From: Candidatus Norongarragalinales archaeon
GTDB taxonomy: Archaea > Micrarchaeota > Micrarchaeia > Norongarragalinales > DASYRB01
NCBI GenBank assembly: GCA_036004805.1
Contig: DASYRB010000026.1
Coordinates: 4,938 to 68,937 of the forward strand
Direction of reading: 5' to 3'
DNA length: 64,000 nt
Positions within the stretch are counted from its first letter, which is position 1, and each line of letters opens with the position of its first letter. The notes under the pieces are model-generated. The model did not search any database and was not told where the DNA came from. It saw nothing but the letters and a program-made list of their open reading frames with translations. This document shows, in pieces, positions 44,424 to 53,859 of the stretch. The position numbers were made by a program, and so were the translations under genes.

Positions 44424-44993
44424 ATGGCTCTTTTGGAATGGATAATTCTCGGCATCATCGGACTCGTTCTAGTCGTCGTCATTTATTTCTACAACAAGCT
44501 AGTCTCGCTCAACAACCTCGCGCAAGCGGACTGGAAGAACATCGACACCTACCTGCAGCAGAGGTTGGACACGATTCCGAACCTCGTGGCGATCGCGAAG
44601 CGCGTCATGAAACAAGAAACGGAACTATTCACGGGATTGGCGAAGGCTCGAGAGAGCGCGCAGCAAGCCACGGACGCGAAGGGACGTATCGCGGCGAACA
44701 CGAAGCTCGACAATCTTCTCGCTAACTTTTACGCACGCGCCGAAGCATACCCACAAATGCGCAGTAATGAAGCGATGCAGCGCGTCATGGAAGACCTTCG
44801 AGGCATCGAGGACAAGATCCGCAGCGCGCGCGGCGCTTACAACAACAGCGTGCTGGCCTACATCAACGCCGTCACCATGTTTCCGAGCAGTGCGTTTGCG
44901 AACGTTTTCGGTTTCAAGAGCGACAAGTGGAACTATTACGAAGCGGATGCCGCGGCTCGTTCCAGCTTGAAACTCGACAAGCTCCTCAAGTGA
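44424..44993 (+). CDS. lemA: LemA family membrane protein.
   Basis: N-terminal TM followed by the conserved LemA core (NxDxYLQQRxDxIPNLV...AEAYPxxxSNE). 189 aa. Confidence 0.85.
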   Translation: MALLEWIILGIIGLVLVVVIYFYNKLVSLNNLAQADWKNIDTYLQQRLDTIPNLVAIAKRVMKQETELFTGLAKARESAQQATDAKGRIAANTKLDNLLANFYARAEAYPQMRSNEAMQRVMEDLRGIEDKIRSARGAYNNSVLAYINAVTMFPSSAFANVFGFKSDKWNYYEADAAARSSLKLDKLLK

Positions 44994-44999
44994 AGATAA

Positions 45000-45935
45000 T
45001 TGGCGGAAAAAGACGGACAGCTTGAAGAGCTCCGTACCACTTTTCACGAGCAAGCCAGTCGCAACAAGCTCCGCAGTTATCTCTTAGCCGCCGCGGTTGT
45101 CGTGGTCATTTCGGTTCTGGTTTTCGTGATTTGGCAGGTGCTCGACCCGTTCGCGGGCGTGGGCGTGTTGTTTTACGCGGGAATCATTTCGATCATTTAC
45201 GGACTCACTACGTACTACGCTGGCGATAAGATCGTTCTCGCGACGACGCACGCGCGTCCATTGCAGCCGGACAAGAGCACGAAGGAATTGATGGTGAAGA
45301 ACCTTGTCGAATCGCTCGCGATTTCTGCACACATGCCCGTTCCAAAACTCTACGTCGTGGAGAGCAGGGAGATGAACGCGTTCGCGACCGGCAGGGATCC
45401 TGAACACGCGAGCTTGGCGGTGACGACTGGTTTGTTGGAGCGTTTGAATCGTGACGAGCTCGAGGGCGTGCTTGGCCATGAAATGAGCCACATTGCGAAT
45501 TACGACGTGCGCTTCAACACGGTGGTCGCGGTGATGGTGGGCATTGCGGCTATTTTGAGTGATTTCTTTTTGCGCTCGATGATGTGGGGTGGCGGCCGCA
45601 ACAGGGATGATCGTGGCGGCAATTTCGGCTTGCTCGTGATTGTTGGCTTGATTCTTGCGATAGTTGCGCCCATCGTGACGCGTGTGGCTCAGGCCGCGGT
45701 TTCGAGGAAGCGCGAGGGCTTGGCGGATGCTTATGGCGCGAAGCTTTGTGGCAATCCTGACGCGCTGGCTGACGCGCTCGAGAAAATAAGCAGGACGAAC
45801 AAGGGCGACATGCCTGTCGACGAGGCCGTTTCACACCTTTTCTTCGTCGATCCTCTCGTGAGTAGTCTGGACAAGTTGTTTGCGACGCACCCGCCGGTCA
45901 AGGAACGCATTGCGGTGCTGCGCGCAATGAGCTAA
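45000..45935 (+). CDS. htpX: Zinc metalloprotease HtpX (peptidase M48).
   Basis: HEMSHIANYD (HExxH), TM helices. 311 aa. Confidence 0.9.
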   Translation: MAEKDGQLEELRTTFHEQASRNKLRSYLLAAAVVVVISVLVFVIWQVLDPFAGVGVLFYAGIISIIYGLTTYYAGDKIVLATTHARPLQPDKSTKELMVKNLVESLAISAHMPVPKLYVVESREMNAFATGRDPEHASLAVTTGLLERLNRDELEGVLGHEMSHIANYDVRFNTVVAVMVGIAAILSDFFLRSMMWGGGRNRDDRGGNFGLLVIVGLILAIVAPIVTRVAQAAVSRKREGLADAYGAKLCGNPDALADALEKISRTNKGDMPVDEAVSHLFFVDPLVSSLDKLFATHPPVKERIAVLRAMS

Positions 45936-45953
45936 GAGCGCCTTTTTCTGGTT

Positions 45954-46673
45954 TTATTTTTTGGCGCGTTTTCTTTGTACTTCGAGCGGGATGAAGCTGA
46001 CGGGTATTGCGCCTTTGTTGATTACGAGCTTGCCGCCGCGTTTCGTCATTGACATGAGTAATTGAATGCCTTGGCGGATACTGATGGGTGCGACGAGGTT
46101 GCCGCCTTCTTTGAGTTGTCTGCCTACGAGGCGCGCTACGGGTGCGGGCGTTTGTGCTGCGAACACGATCGCGTCGTATGGCGCGCTGGCTTTCCATCCT
46201 CTGGAGCCGTCGGCGTGTACGAGTTCGACATTGCCTCTGAATTCTTCAGGCACTCGCTTGAGTGCTTCACGCACTGCTTTTTTCGCGAGCTCGTGGACGA
46301 GTTTGTTGTTTTCGATGCTGGTGACTTTGCCTTTCGGTCCCGCGACGAACGATATTAGTGATGCTTGGTAGCCGGTGCCCGTGCCTATTTCGAGAATTTT
46401 TGCGCCGGGCTTGATGTCGAGGAGTTTGATCGTCGAGGCTATGACTGATGGTTGTGAAATGATGATTCCGGATGGGTGGTGTAGTGGTATGTCACAGTAG
46501 GCGTGTGGTTGTAATTGCCGCGGCACGAAAAAACGGCGGTCGGTGTGTACGAACGCGGAATAAGTTTCTGACGTTAGGTGGCCGTGGATGGAGAGGTGTG
46601 CTACTAAAGAGCTGTTGCCTGGGAAGTGTTCGTCGTGCGGTGTCGTTTCGAGAGGGCGCAGTGTTCTTGGCAT
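45954..46673 (-). CDS. pcm: Protein-L-isoaspartate O-methyltransferase.
   Basis: SQPSVIASTIKLLDIKPGAKILEIGTGTGYQASL SAM-binding motif. 239 aa. Confidence 0.85.
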   Translation of the reverse strand: MPRTLRPLETTPHDEHFPGNSSLVAHLSIHGHLTSETYSAFVHTDRRFFVPRQLQPHAYCDIPLHHPSGIIISQPSVIASTIKLLDIKPGAKILEIGTGTGYQASLISFVAGPKGKVTSIENNKLVHELAKKAVREALKRVPEEFRGNVELVHADGSRGWKASAPYDAIVFAAQTPAPVARLVGRQLKEGGNLVAPISIRQGIQLLMSMTKRGGKLVINKGAIPVSFIPLEVQRKRAKK

Positions 46674-47186
46674 TTACTCGACTTTGATCGCGTTGCCTTT
46701 ATTTTTGGGTTTCGACGCGTTCTTTTTCTGCAGCAACACTTCAAGGATGCCGTTCTTGTAGGTCGCTTTCGCGCTCGTGCTCAAGACTTCCGCGGGCAGT
46801 TTCGTGATTTTCGAGAATGAAGGTTCGTCCACGCTGATTTCCAGTATGGTGGGCGTGGCGTTGAGCTTGATTTTTTGCTTGTCAGCGACTCCTGGCAGTT
46901 CTGCAATTATGCGCACGTGTTTTTCTTCCTCTATCACGTCAACGAGTGGTTCGCGTTCCTTGGTGACTTTGCGTTCTTGCACGTCGACGTTGCCGAACTT
47001 TTCAACTACGGGCTTGCCTTCGGGTCCGATGCGTATGTTGACGCCGTAAACGATGGGCTCGCCTGGCCTGGTGGGCGCGTGTCCTTGTTCTAGTTGCTTT
47101 ACCAGTTCATTCATCATGCCTTCTAGCTCGGTGAAGTCTGGGAACATGTCGTCGAACAGTCCGAAACGCTTTCTTCTGGGATTCAT
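46674..47186 (-). CDS. hsp20: Small heat-shock protein (Hsp20 / alpha-crystallin domain).
   Basis: DVIEEEKHVRIIAELPGV...ATYKNGILEV alpha-crystallin signature. 170 aa. Immediately upstream of pcm. Confidence 0.85.
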   Translation of the reverse strand: MNPRRKRFGLFDDMFPDFTELEGMMNELVKQLEQGHAPTRPGEPIVYGVNIRIGPEGKPVVEKFGNVDVQERKVTKEREPLVDVIEEEKHVRIIAELPGVADKQKIKLNATPTILEISVDEPSFSKITKLPAEVLSTSAKATYKNGILEVLLQKKNASKPKNKGNAIKVE

Positions 47187-47202
47187 GGGCTTTACTCGGT
47201 TG

Positions 47203-47832
47203 TTAGAAGTATTTCAAGTTTGTCTCTACGAGCTTCGCGAACGTTCTCGCTTGAGGCGTGGGGTCGCTGGCTACCTTGGCTCTGCCAGCGTCGGGATTAG
47301 CAGCGACGGGCGCGTAGATCTTGATGGCGAGGAAGGGTTCGCGCGACATGATGATGTATGGCAGTTGTGTGTGGATGGTGAACTTGAGGAAGTTAAGCCA
47401 GAGCCTTTCGCTCTTGCTGAGCTGGCTTTCAAGCGTGAAAAGTTCCAATTGTCTCTCGGCGAGGACGCGGTTGACCTTCGCCCTGCCTTTTTCTGGCGCG
47501 TAATTGAGGTCGAGCGATAGGTCGGGTTGCGTCGTGAGCGCGTAATCGAAACTGTAGAAGAGAACGAGGATGAGTAGTTTGAGTAGAATGATCGGAATGG
47601 CGGCGATTACGACGACCTCGATTGCTAAAATCGCGGCGTTCTCGACGACCGGCTGTTCCAGGTATAGAGCGACGAAGGCGGCCGCGGCGCCGACGAGGAA
47701 GAGCGCGATCACGAACAGGCGGTTCGAGAGGGCATTCATGAGTCCGAGGAAGCGTTTGAGATACTCTGCTGAAGCCATGGTGGGTTGAACCAGTTTCGAG
47801 GACTGAACTTTAAAATGCCTCTCTCGCCACAA
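47203..47832 (-). CDS. Hypothetical membrane protein (2 TM). Probable start at MASAEYLKRF.
   Basis: Hydrophobic LFVIALFLVGAAAAFVALYL and AAILAIEVVVIAAIPIILLKLLILVLFY. Confidence 0.45.
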   Translation of the reverse strand: MWRERHFKVQSSKLVQPTMASAEYLKRFLGLMNALSNRLFVIALFLVGAAAAFVALYLEQPVVENAAILAIEVVVIAAIPIILLKLLILVLFYSFDYALTTQPDLSLDLNYAPEKGRAKVNRVLAERQLELFTLESQLSKSERLWLNFLKFTIHTQLPYIIMSREPFLAIKIYAPVAANPDAGRAKVASDPTPQARTFAKLVETNLKYF

Positions 47833-47842
47833 TTATAGTGAT

Positions 47843-47952
47843 AGCCCCGTCGTCTAGAATGCAGTATCGAGAATTTTTGATGCTGTGTGGACTATGGACA
47901 AGGACGCCAGGCTTTGAACCTGAAAACGGCAGTTCGAATCTGCCCGGGGCTA
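47843..47952 (+). tRNA. tRNA-Gln (anticodon UUG) candidate with a roughly 35-nt non-canonical intron in the D-loop.
   Basis: Acceptor stem AGCCCCG (47843-49) / CGGGGCU (47945-51), discriminator A. These are the same acceptor-stem and discriminator bases as Methanocaldococcus tRNA-Gln, as I recall it. T-arm GGCAG-UUCGAAU-CUGCC (47928-44). Anticodon arm CCAGG-CUUUGAA-CCUGA (47907-23), U33/A37 flanking UUG. D-stem GUCU (47852-55) / GGAC (47902-05) encloses 46 nt instead of 8-11. An internal 7-bp hairpin cagtatc/gatgctg is a possible intron helix. Not run through tRNAscan. Confidence 0.55.
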
Positions 47953-48019
47953 TCCCGTTTAAATTACCCCTGCGACCCAATAATTTCACTAATTTCCACT
48001 CTAAAGGTGCATGATTTTT

Positions 48020-48241
48020 ATGGGAAGAACTAAAGGAGTCCACATTCACTCGACCGCCAAAGCGCTAGTCAAAAAAGCGCCACAAATCTTTGGCACTACT
48101 TTCGACAAGAACAAAGACTCCCTCCGCAAACTCGGTCTTTTGAAGGAAGGAAAGGAAGAACGCAACAAGCTAGCCGGCGAAGTCACCGTATTGATGAAGA
48201 AGAGACAGCGCGAAATCGAAGCCGAAGCCGCCCGCGGATAA
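48020..48241 (+). CDS. rps17e: 30S ribosomal protein S17e.
   Basis: MGRTKGVHIHSTAKALVKKAPQIFGTTFDKNKDSLRKLGLL aligns with the S17e consensus MGxIRTKxVKRxAxxIIEKYxxxFTxDFExNK. Confidence 0.8.
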   Translation: MGRTKGVHIHSTAKALVKKAPQIFGTTFDKNKDSLRKLGLLKEGKEERNKLAGEVTVLMKKRQREIEAEAARG

Positions 48242-48244
48242 GCC

Positions 48245-48628
48245 ATGAGAGTGGCGATCAATGCAGCGATCATTCACGATGGAAGAATTCTTTTAGTCCG
48301 GAAAAAACAGATTTGGATACTTCCCGGCGGGAAGCCTGAACCGAACGAATCGGATTTTGACAGTTTACGTAGGGAAGTAAGGGAAGAACTTTCTGGAACT
48401 GAATTGGAAAACTTCAGGTTTTACCGAGAATTCGAGGGAATAACCCCTCATAAACAAGATCTGCTAAAGGCAAGAGTTTATTTCGCGGACATAAGCGGGC
48501 AACTTGGCCGACCTTCTGGAGAAATCGATGACAGTGATTGGATTGCACACTTGGGTGAACAATCTCTTTCTAACATTACTTCCAAGATCGTGGATTCTCT
48601 TGCAAGAGACGGATATCTGCGACGCTGA
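48245..48628 (+). CDS. NUDIX hydrolase.
   Basis: Nudix box GGKPEPNESDFDSLRREVREELSG. 127 aa. Starts 4 nt after rps17e. Confidence 0.85.
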   Translation: MRVAINAAIIHDGRILLVRKKQIWILPGGKPEPNESDFDSLRREVREELSGTELENFRFYREFEGITPHKQDLLKARVYFADISGQLGRPSGEIDDSDWIAHLGEQSLSNITSKIVDSLARDGYLRR

Positions 48629-48661
48629 TTAGTATTGTCGCGCGCGGATAAAAAGTTCTTT

Positions 48662-49027
48662 TTAGCGTTTTAGTTTTCGCAGCAGGCTTATTGCCCTTTC
48701 CATTTTTCTACCGGCCATGAAGCCCTTTTCTTTTGCGAGTGCTTTTTCTAGTGCTGGCAACGCGCTTGGATCACCAATATCTCCTAGTGCGTGGGCTGCT
48801 ATCATGCGAACATACGTATCTTTGTGTCCGAGGGCTTGTGCTGCGTGAGGAACGGCGCTTGGACCGATTCTAACAAAAGCTTGTCCTGCTATCGTACGAA
48901 CCTCCGGGTCACGATCGCCTTCTAGTACTTGGCGAACAAATGCAGGATTGCGCATTTTTTGCAAATGCTTGGATATCACGCTAGGGTGCGCGGTTTTCAT
49001 GAATCTTTCGATTTTTGACATTTTCAA
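48662..49027 (-). CDS. HEAT-repeat (PBS-lyase-like) mini-protein. Paralog of 11890..12117.
   Basis: DPEVRTIAGQAFVRIG / DTYVRMIAAHALGDIGDPSALPAL HEAT-type repeats. Start overlaps the proS stop (ATGA-type overlap at 49024-49027). Confidence 0.6.
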   Translation of the reverse strand: MKMSKIERFMKTAHPSVISKHLQKMRNPAFVRQVLEGDRDPEVRTIAGQAFVRIGPSAVPHAAQALGHKDTYVRMIAAHALGDIGDPSALPALEKALAKEKGFMAGRKMERAISLLRKLKR

Positions 49028-50499
49028 TATTGCCTCGCTATGTAAACAGTCTGCTTAGCAGGCTTGCCACAAACAACACACTTCGCGTTTGATGAGGGTT
49101 TTTCGTTCATTCCAAAACGCGTTCCTCTGACTTTGCCGCCTTTCGTGAAGGTTTGCAGCTCTTCAGCACATTTTGCTCCATCATCGTCGGTTGAGTGGAA
49201 TGGCGCTCGAGCGACTCCCTTCTTTTCTAGAATTTTCAACACTTCTTGTTTCGTGTCGGCATCTTCGATGCGTTTCGAAAGGTCATTTTGCGTTTTTTCC
49301 TTCATCGAGTCAAGCATTTCCGCGGAGAGCTTTGTGAGTGCGCCGACGATTTGCGCCTGTGGAATGGTAAGGCGAGTTCCCGTGTCTCTGCGGGCGAGCG
49401 TGACGTTGTTTTCCTTGACTTCCTTCGCGCCAATCTCGACGCGCGCGGGCGTGCCGATCAACTCCCATTTGGAATACTTGTATCCTGGCGTCTTGTCGCT
49501 GTCGTCGAGCGCAGCACGGAAACCAGCGCGCTTCAATACCGCGAACAGGCTTTTGGCTGTGTCAAGAATTTTCGCGTTCTCCGGCGCTCCTGTCTTCATG
49601 ATCGGCACGATCACGACTTGAGTCGGCGCGATGCTCATGGGCCACAAGAGTCCCTTGTTGTCGCCGTGCACGCCGATGAGCGCGCCCATCATTCGCCAAG
49701 TGCCCGGACCGTAACACGTTTGCCATGCGAACTGGTCCTTTCCGTTTTCGTCTTGGAACTTGACGCCGAACGCTTTCGCGAATCGTTGTCCAAGCATGTG
49801 TGTCGTGGCGATTTGCAGCGCTTTGCCATCGGGAAGGATTACGTCTGCGCCGTAAGTGTCATCCGCTCCTGGAAACTTGTCCCACTGCGGCCTCTTGATT
49901 GCAAGAAGGGCAAGACCGAGCTGGTCTGTGAGGACTTTGTGTGTGATGGCCATGTCTTCCTCGATTTGTCGCGCAGCGTGATCTTTTGAATCAAAAACGT
50001 CGTGTGCTTCGATCCAACTGAATTCACGGCCGCGTAGGAACGGATTGGTTTCGCTTTCGTTGCGGTAAACGTTGCATGACTGGTAGAGCTTCAGGGGCAG
50101 TTGTGATTTGCTCTGTATCCATAGCGAGTACATCTGGTACATTGCCGTTTCGCTGGTTGGTCGCAGTGCTAAGCGTCGAGCGAGTTTTTCGTTGCCGGCG
50201 TGCGTGACCCAGAACACTTCCAGCTTGAAGCCTTGTGCGTGTTCTTTTTCTTTCTCAAAGTTTTCTTCTGGAATTACGACTGGAAACATTACTGGTGAGT
50301 GTCCTTTGTCTTCGAGTTCGCGTTCGATCATTTCCGTGACTTTGCGTAACGGGATGGCGGCGTTGGGTTTGTGGACGATGAAGCCTTGCACGTTGTAGCG
50401 GTTGTCGACGAGGTCGGCGGCGTAGAGGATGGTGTTGTACCATTCGCTGTAGTCCTTGTTTTTGTCTTTGTCGAACTCGCGTGAAGCCATCATTGCCAT
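49024..50499 (-). CDS. proS: Prolyl-tRNA synthetase, archaeal/eukaryotic type (class II).
   Basis: 491 aa. Class II motifs (FRGREFSWIEAHD). C-terminal zinc-binding CVVCGKPAKQTVYIARQY typical of archaeal-type ProRS. Confidence 0.9.
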   Translation of the reverse strand: MAMMASREFDKDKNKDYSEWYNTILYAADLVDNRYNVQGFIVHKPNAAIPLRKVTEMIERELEDKGHSPVMFPVVIPEENFEKEKEHAQGFKLEVFWVTHAGNEKLARRLALRPTSETAMYQMYSLWIQSKSQLPLKLYQSCNVYRNESETNPFLRGREFSWIEAHDVFDSKDHAARQIEEDMAITHKVLTDQLGLALLAIKRPQWDKFPGADDTYGADVILPDGKALQIATTHMLGQRFAKAFGVKFQDENGKDQFAWQTCYGPGTWRMMGALIGVHGDNKGLLWPMSIAPTQVVIVPIMKTGAPENAKILDTAKSLFAVLKRAGFRAALDDSDKTPGYKYSKWELIGTPARVEIGAKEVKENNVTLARRDTGTRLTIPQAQIVGALTKLSAEMLDSMKEKTQNDLSKRIEDADTKQEVLKILEKKGVARAPFHSTDDDGAKCAEELQTFTKGGKVRGTRFGMNEKPSSNAKCVVCGKPAKQTVYIARQY

Positions 50500-50556
50500 T
50501 AGTGTTGTTTTCAGCTCGTTGTCTTTAGGGAAATGTTAAGGTGTTTTGGTGGTTTT

Positions 50557-53500
50557 TTAGGCTGTGTCTTTCTCGTTTTTGCGTTTGCGTTTCTTTTTGC
50601 CCGGGAACAATGCGAGGATGAGTGCGTATCCTAGCGCGATAATTATAGTGATGATGAAAAGTGTTATTGTGAGCTCGCCGGCTGCGAGTTGCGTTTCTCC
50701 CGGCACGCATATTTCTTGTTCCTTGATGAGCGTGCGTTGCAGTCCTTTCCTCTCGAAGAATTTCGCGTTGTAGCATCCTGGCTTGAGGAGTTTGAGAGTG
50801 GCGCGGTACGTTTCGCCGCCGCCGAACACGTTCGCGTAGACGAGGGCGTTTTGTTTGTATATTTCGAACTCTCCCGAAGCCGCGGGGTCGAGTATCGTTA
50901 TCGTGAAGGTGACTTCGTCGCCTGGCTTGAGTTTTTCGGGTGCGTCGATGCAAACGAAGCTCGTTCCAGGCGCTGGGCTGATCGTGCGTGTGGATACGAG
51001 TGGCGAGCCTTCGAATGGTCCGTCGACGTGCGTGAGGATGCGCAGTGTAGTGTATGGGTCGATGGGCTTGATGAAGAACGTGACTGTGACTCGTTGTCCG
51101 GGTGGTATGGGTTGCACGGGTAGTGTTTGGCTGTTCATGGTGACGGTGATTCCTGTGAGGTATTCGTCGCCCGTGTTTTCCAGGAGTACGGGTATTGCGA
51201 AAGAGTCGCACGTGGTGAACGTGTTGGGCGCGAGCACTAGCATTGATAGGTGTGGTCCGGCGATCACGCTCGGCGGTTGTGGTGTGGTGGTCGGCGAGGG
51301 TTGTGGCGTTGGTGCGGGTTGTTTCTGCACTATCACGACCTGCACTTCTTCAGGCATGACTGTTGGCGTGGGTGTGGGGTATGGTGTGGGCGTGTATTGC
51401 GTGCCTGGTGGTCCTCCTCCTGGTTGTGGTTGTGCGGCTTGTCCGAGTGCCCAGCTTGAGAAGTTTGTAACCATGAATGTGTATTCTGGCGGGTTGAGGT
51501 TTGAGTAGGAAGGCGTGTAGATTGTTCCTGTGCTTAACACCAGCGCGCGGGACGTGGTGAATGTTGATAGCGTGTATACGTTGCCTGCAGTGAATGAAAG
51601 TGAGTAGAAGGTGATGTTGGTGGCGGTGTTGAAGAGCTCGTTCATGCTTGCATCAAGTGCAGCAATCCAAGCTCCTTGGAACAGGTTGGTAGAGTTGAGG
51701 AAGTTGTTGCTTGCGTTGTTGAGGTTTATGCTTGCGAATTGTACGGAGCCGTTTCCGGAGACGTAGTTTGTAAAGTTGGTCAGGTTTGAGTTGAGCACGT
51801 TGGTCGTGTTCATCACTGCGAGAGAGTCGATGATTTTCGTGTTCGAGATTGAAGCGTTTTTGATGGTTTTGAGGAATATGGCGATGTTCGTGGCGTTTCT
51901 GATCGTGTTGTTTTCGAGTGTTGTGCGGTTAGAGTTTTGTATGTTGATCGCGATGGTCGCGTTGGTGATGGTGTTGTTCGAGAAAGTGAAGTCTTGTTGC
52001 GTGTCTGTCCACAAGCCGCTGGCGCAGTTGTTCAGGTTGTTGTCGTGTATTTTTACTCGCGACATGGCTGGTCCGCTAGCAACTTCATTGCCTATGGAGA
52101 AGCAGTCGGTAAAGTTGGATAGTGTTATGTTGTTGTTGGCGACTTCTAGGTCTTGAAGAGTTACGGAATAGGCAAAAATGCCTATGCCCCAGGGCGAATA
52201 ACTGTTGCCGTAGTTGTTGTTGGGCCACTTGAATGGCAGTACGGTGTTGTTCGATATTGTCAAGTTTGTTAGAGTGCCGCTGCCCAAGTCTAGGAACTCG
52301 ATTCCGTACGTGCCGTACTCTGCAATGTTGTTTTGCACGGTGACGTTGCTCGCACTGTGCTCTAGTTGTATTGCGCCGCCAAGCCGGTCGTAACCAGTGT
52401 CGTTGATGTAGTTCGAAGTTACGTTCACGAGAGAGCTGCGCGTGACGAAGATGCCGTTACTCCAGCTATTGCGTATGGTGTTGTTATTGGCGGTCACGTT
52501 TTGGGTGCCGCGGACCTCGATGTTTGCAGTGTTTCCGGTAGTAGAGTTGAACATTGTCGAGTGCGCAATGACGGAGTTGTTCGTGCTGCTTAGATAGACT
52601 CTTCCTGAAGAGCTGAAGTTCGAGTTGTAAACATAGAGCCAGTTTGATTGCGTGGCGTTGATCGCCATGCTTGAAGAGTTGACAATACTTGCGCCAGTGA
52701 TTACGGTGTTGTTTGAGAGATAGACTTGTATCCCTTGATACGTGCCAGTAATGTTTGCATTGTTTACTGTTGTATAGTTCGATGAGTAGATGTAAATTCC
52801 ATAGTTAGTTTGGTTGCCGTTGCCGCGCACCATGTTGTTCGTGACTGTAGTGCCTATTGCGGTTTCGATGTCGATGCCCCAGTTGTCAGTCGAGCCAAAC
52901 GTAGTGATGTTGTTGTTCGTGGCGGTGTTGTTGTTTCCTGGAGTTCCAAAAATGGATATTCCGATGTTGAATACGGTCGTGCCGCGCGCAGTGATGTTGT
53001 TGTTGTTGACAGTGTTGTTGTTGCCCGTTACGAGCAGTCCGTAGTTGTTGTCCGTGCCGTTAGTGATTATTTGGTTTCCAGTTATCGTGTTGTTTGACGT
53101 GGAGGTTTTGAGTTCGATGCCTGTGTTGAAGTTGCCAGTTGCTCGAGAAATCGTGATGTTGTTTTGTGTGACTGTGTTGTTGTTGGAGTTGTCTTCGATT
53201 TTTACGCCGTCGTTGAGATTTACGCCATTGGTGGTGATGTTGTTTCCAATTATTGTGTTGTTGGAGTTGCGTGAGAAGAGAAAGATGCCGAAGTTGTTGT
53301 CGCCAGTTCCAGTGGCGATGATGGTGTTGTTTTCGATGCGATTTCTGCAAGAACCCCCGCTCAGAATTATTCCGTATGAGTCTGTCGAACCATTTGTGCG
53401 AATCGTGTTGTTGTAGATGTAAGAGTCGTTGGCATTGCTGAAGTTGATGCTGTTCGTAAACGCAAAGCTCGTAGAGTTTTTCGTGAATAGACAGTTCTTG

Positions 53501-53775
53501 ACTGTGATGTTGTTGAAGCCGGTGTTTCCTACTCCGAACTTGTTTGCTGCGCCGTATCCGTAAGTAATGTTCCAGCCTGCGCAGTCGATGACTATGTTGT
53601 TGGCATTTATCGTGAGACAGGTGCCACTGCTAACGATTGAAGTGTTGAGGAGGTACGTTTCGCTTGTAGAATTGAGCGTAGTGCAGTCTGTGACGTTTGT
53701 GTAAGCGTTCGCGTTGCTAGTGAGAAAGAGCAGGCCAGCTACTAGTATGATTGGGAATAGCGCGCTTCGTTTCAT
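50557..53775 (-). CDS. Giant secreted parallel-beta-helix surface glycoprotein (1072 aa) with PT linker, C-terminal Ig-like region, TM anchor and poly-basic tail.
   Basis: Signal peptide MKRSALFPIILVAGLLFLTSNANA. Dozens of beta-helix rungs rich in N-x-T (NNNTVTQNNITISRATGNFNTGIEL...). Linker YTPTPYPTPTPTV...PAPTPQPSPTTTPQPP. C-terminal LTITLFIITIIIALGYALILALFPGKKKRKRKN. Confidence 0.8.
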   Translation of the reverse strand: MKRSALFPIILVAGLLFLTSNANAYTNVTDCTTLNSTSETYLLNTSIVSSGTCLTINANNIVIDCAGWNITYGYGAANKFGVGNTGFNNITVKNCLFTKNSTSFAFTNSINFSNANDSYIYNNTIRTNGSTDSYGIILSGGSCRNRIENNTIIATGTGDNNFGIFLFSRNSNNTIIGNNITTNGVNLNDGVKIEDNSNNNTVTQNNITISRATGNFNTGIELKTSTSNNTITGNQIITNGTDNNYGLLVTGNNNTVNNNNITARGTTVFNIGISIFGTPGNNNTATNNNITTFGSTDNWGIDIETAIGTTVTNNMVRGNGNQTNYGIYIYSSNYTTVNNANITGTYQGIQVYLSNNTVITGASIVNSSSMAINATQSNWLYVYNSNFSSSGRVYLSSTNNSVIAHSTMFNSTTGNTANIEVRGTQNVTANNNTIRNSWSNGIFVTRSSLVNVTSNYINDTGYDRLGGAIQLEHSASNVTVQNNIAEYGTYGIEFLDLGSGTLTNLTISNNTVLPFKWPNNNYGNSYSPWGIGIFAYSVTLQDLEVANNNITLSNFTDCFSIGNEVASGPAMSRVKIHDNNLNNCASGLWTDTQQDFTFSNNTITNATIAINIQNSNRTTLENNTIRNATNIAIFLKTIKNASISNTKIIDSLAVMNTTNVLNSNLTNFTNYVSGNGSVQFASINLNNASNNFLNSTNLFQGAWIAALDASMNELFNTATNITFYSLSFTAGNVYTLSTFTTSRALVLSTGTIYTPSYSNLNPPEYTFMVTNFSSWALGQAAQPQPGGGPPGTQYTPTPYPTPTPTVMPEEVQVVIVQKQPAPTPQPSPTTTPQPPSVIAGPHLSMLVLAPNTFTTCDSFAIPVLLENTGDEYLTGITVTMNSQTLPVQPIPPGQRVTVTFFIKPIDPYTTLRILTHVDGPFEGSPLVSTRTISPAPGTSFVCIDAPEKLKPGDEVTFTITILDPAASGEFEIYKQNALVYANVFGGGETYRATLKLLKPGCYNAKFFERKGLQRTLIKEQEICVPGETQLAAGELTITLFIITIIIALGYALILALFPGKKKRKRKNEKDTA

Positions 53776-53859
53776 TAGCGCAAAAACTGCGTACTAGGAG
53801 CTTAAAAAACTGCAGAATACGGCGTAAAAAATGGGAAAACCAGAAAAAGAGGGGGAGTT

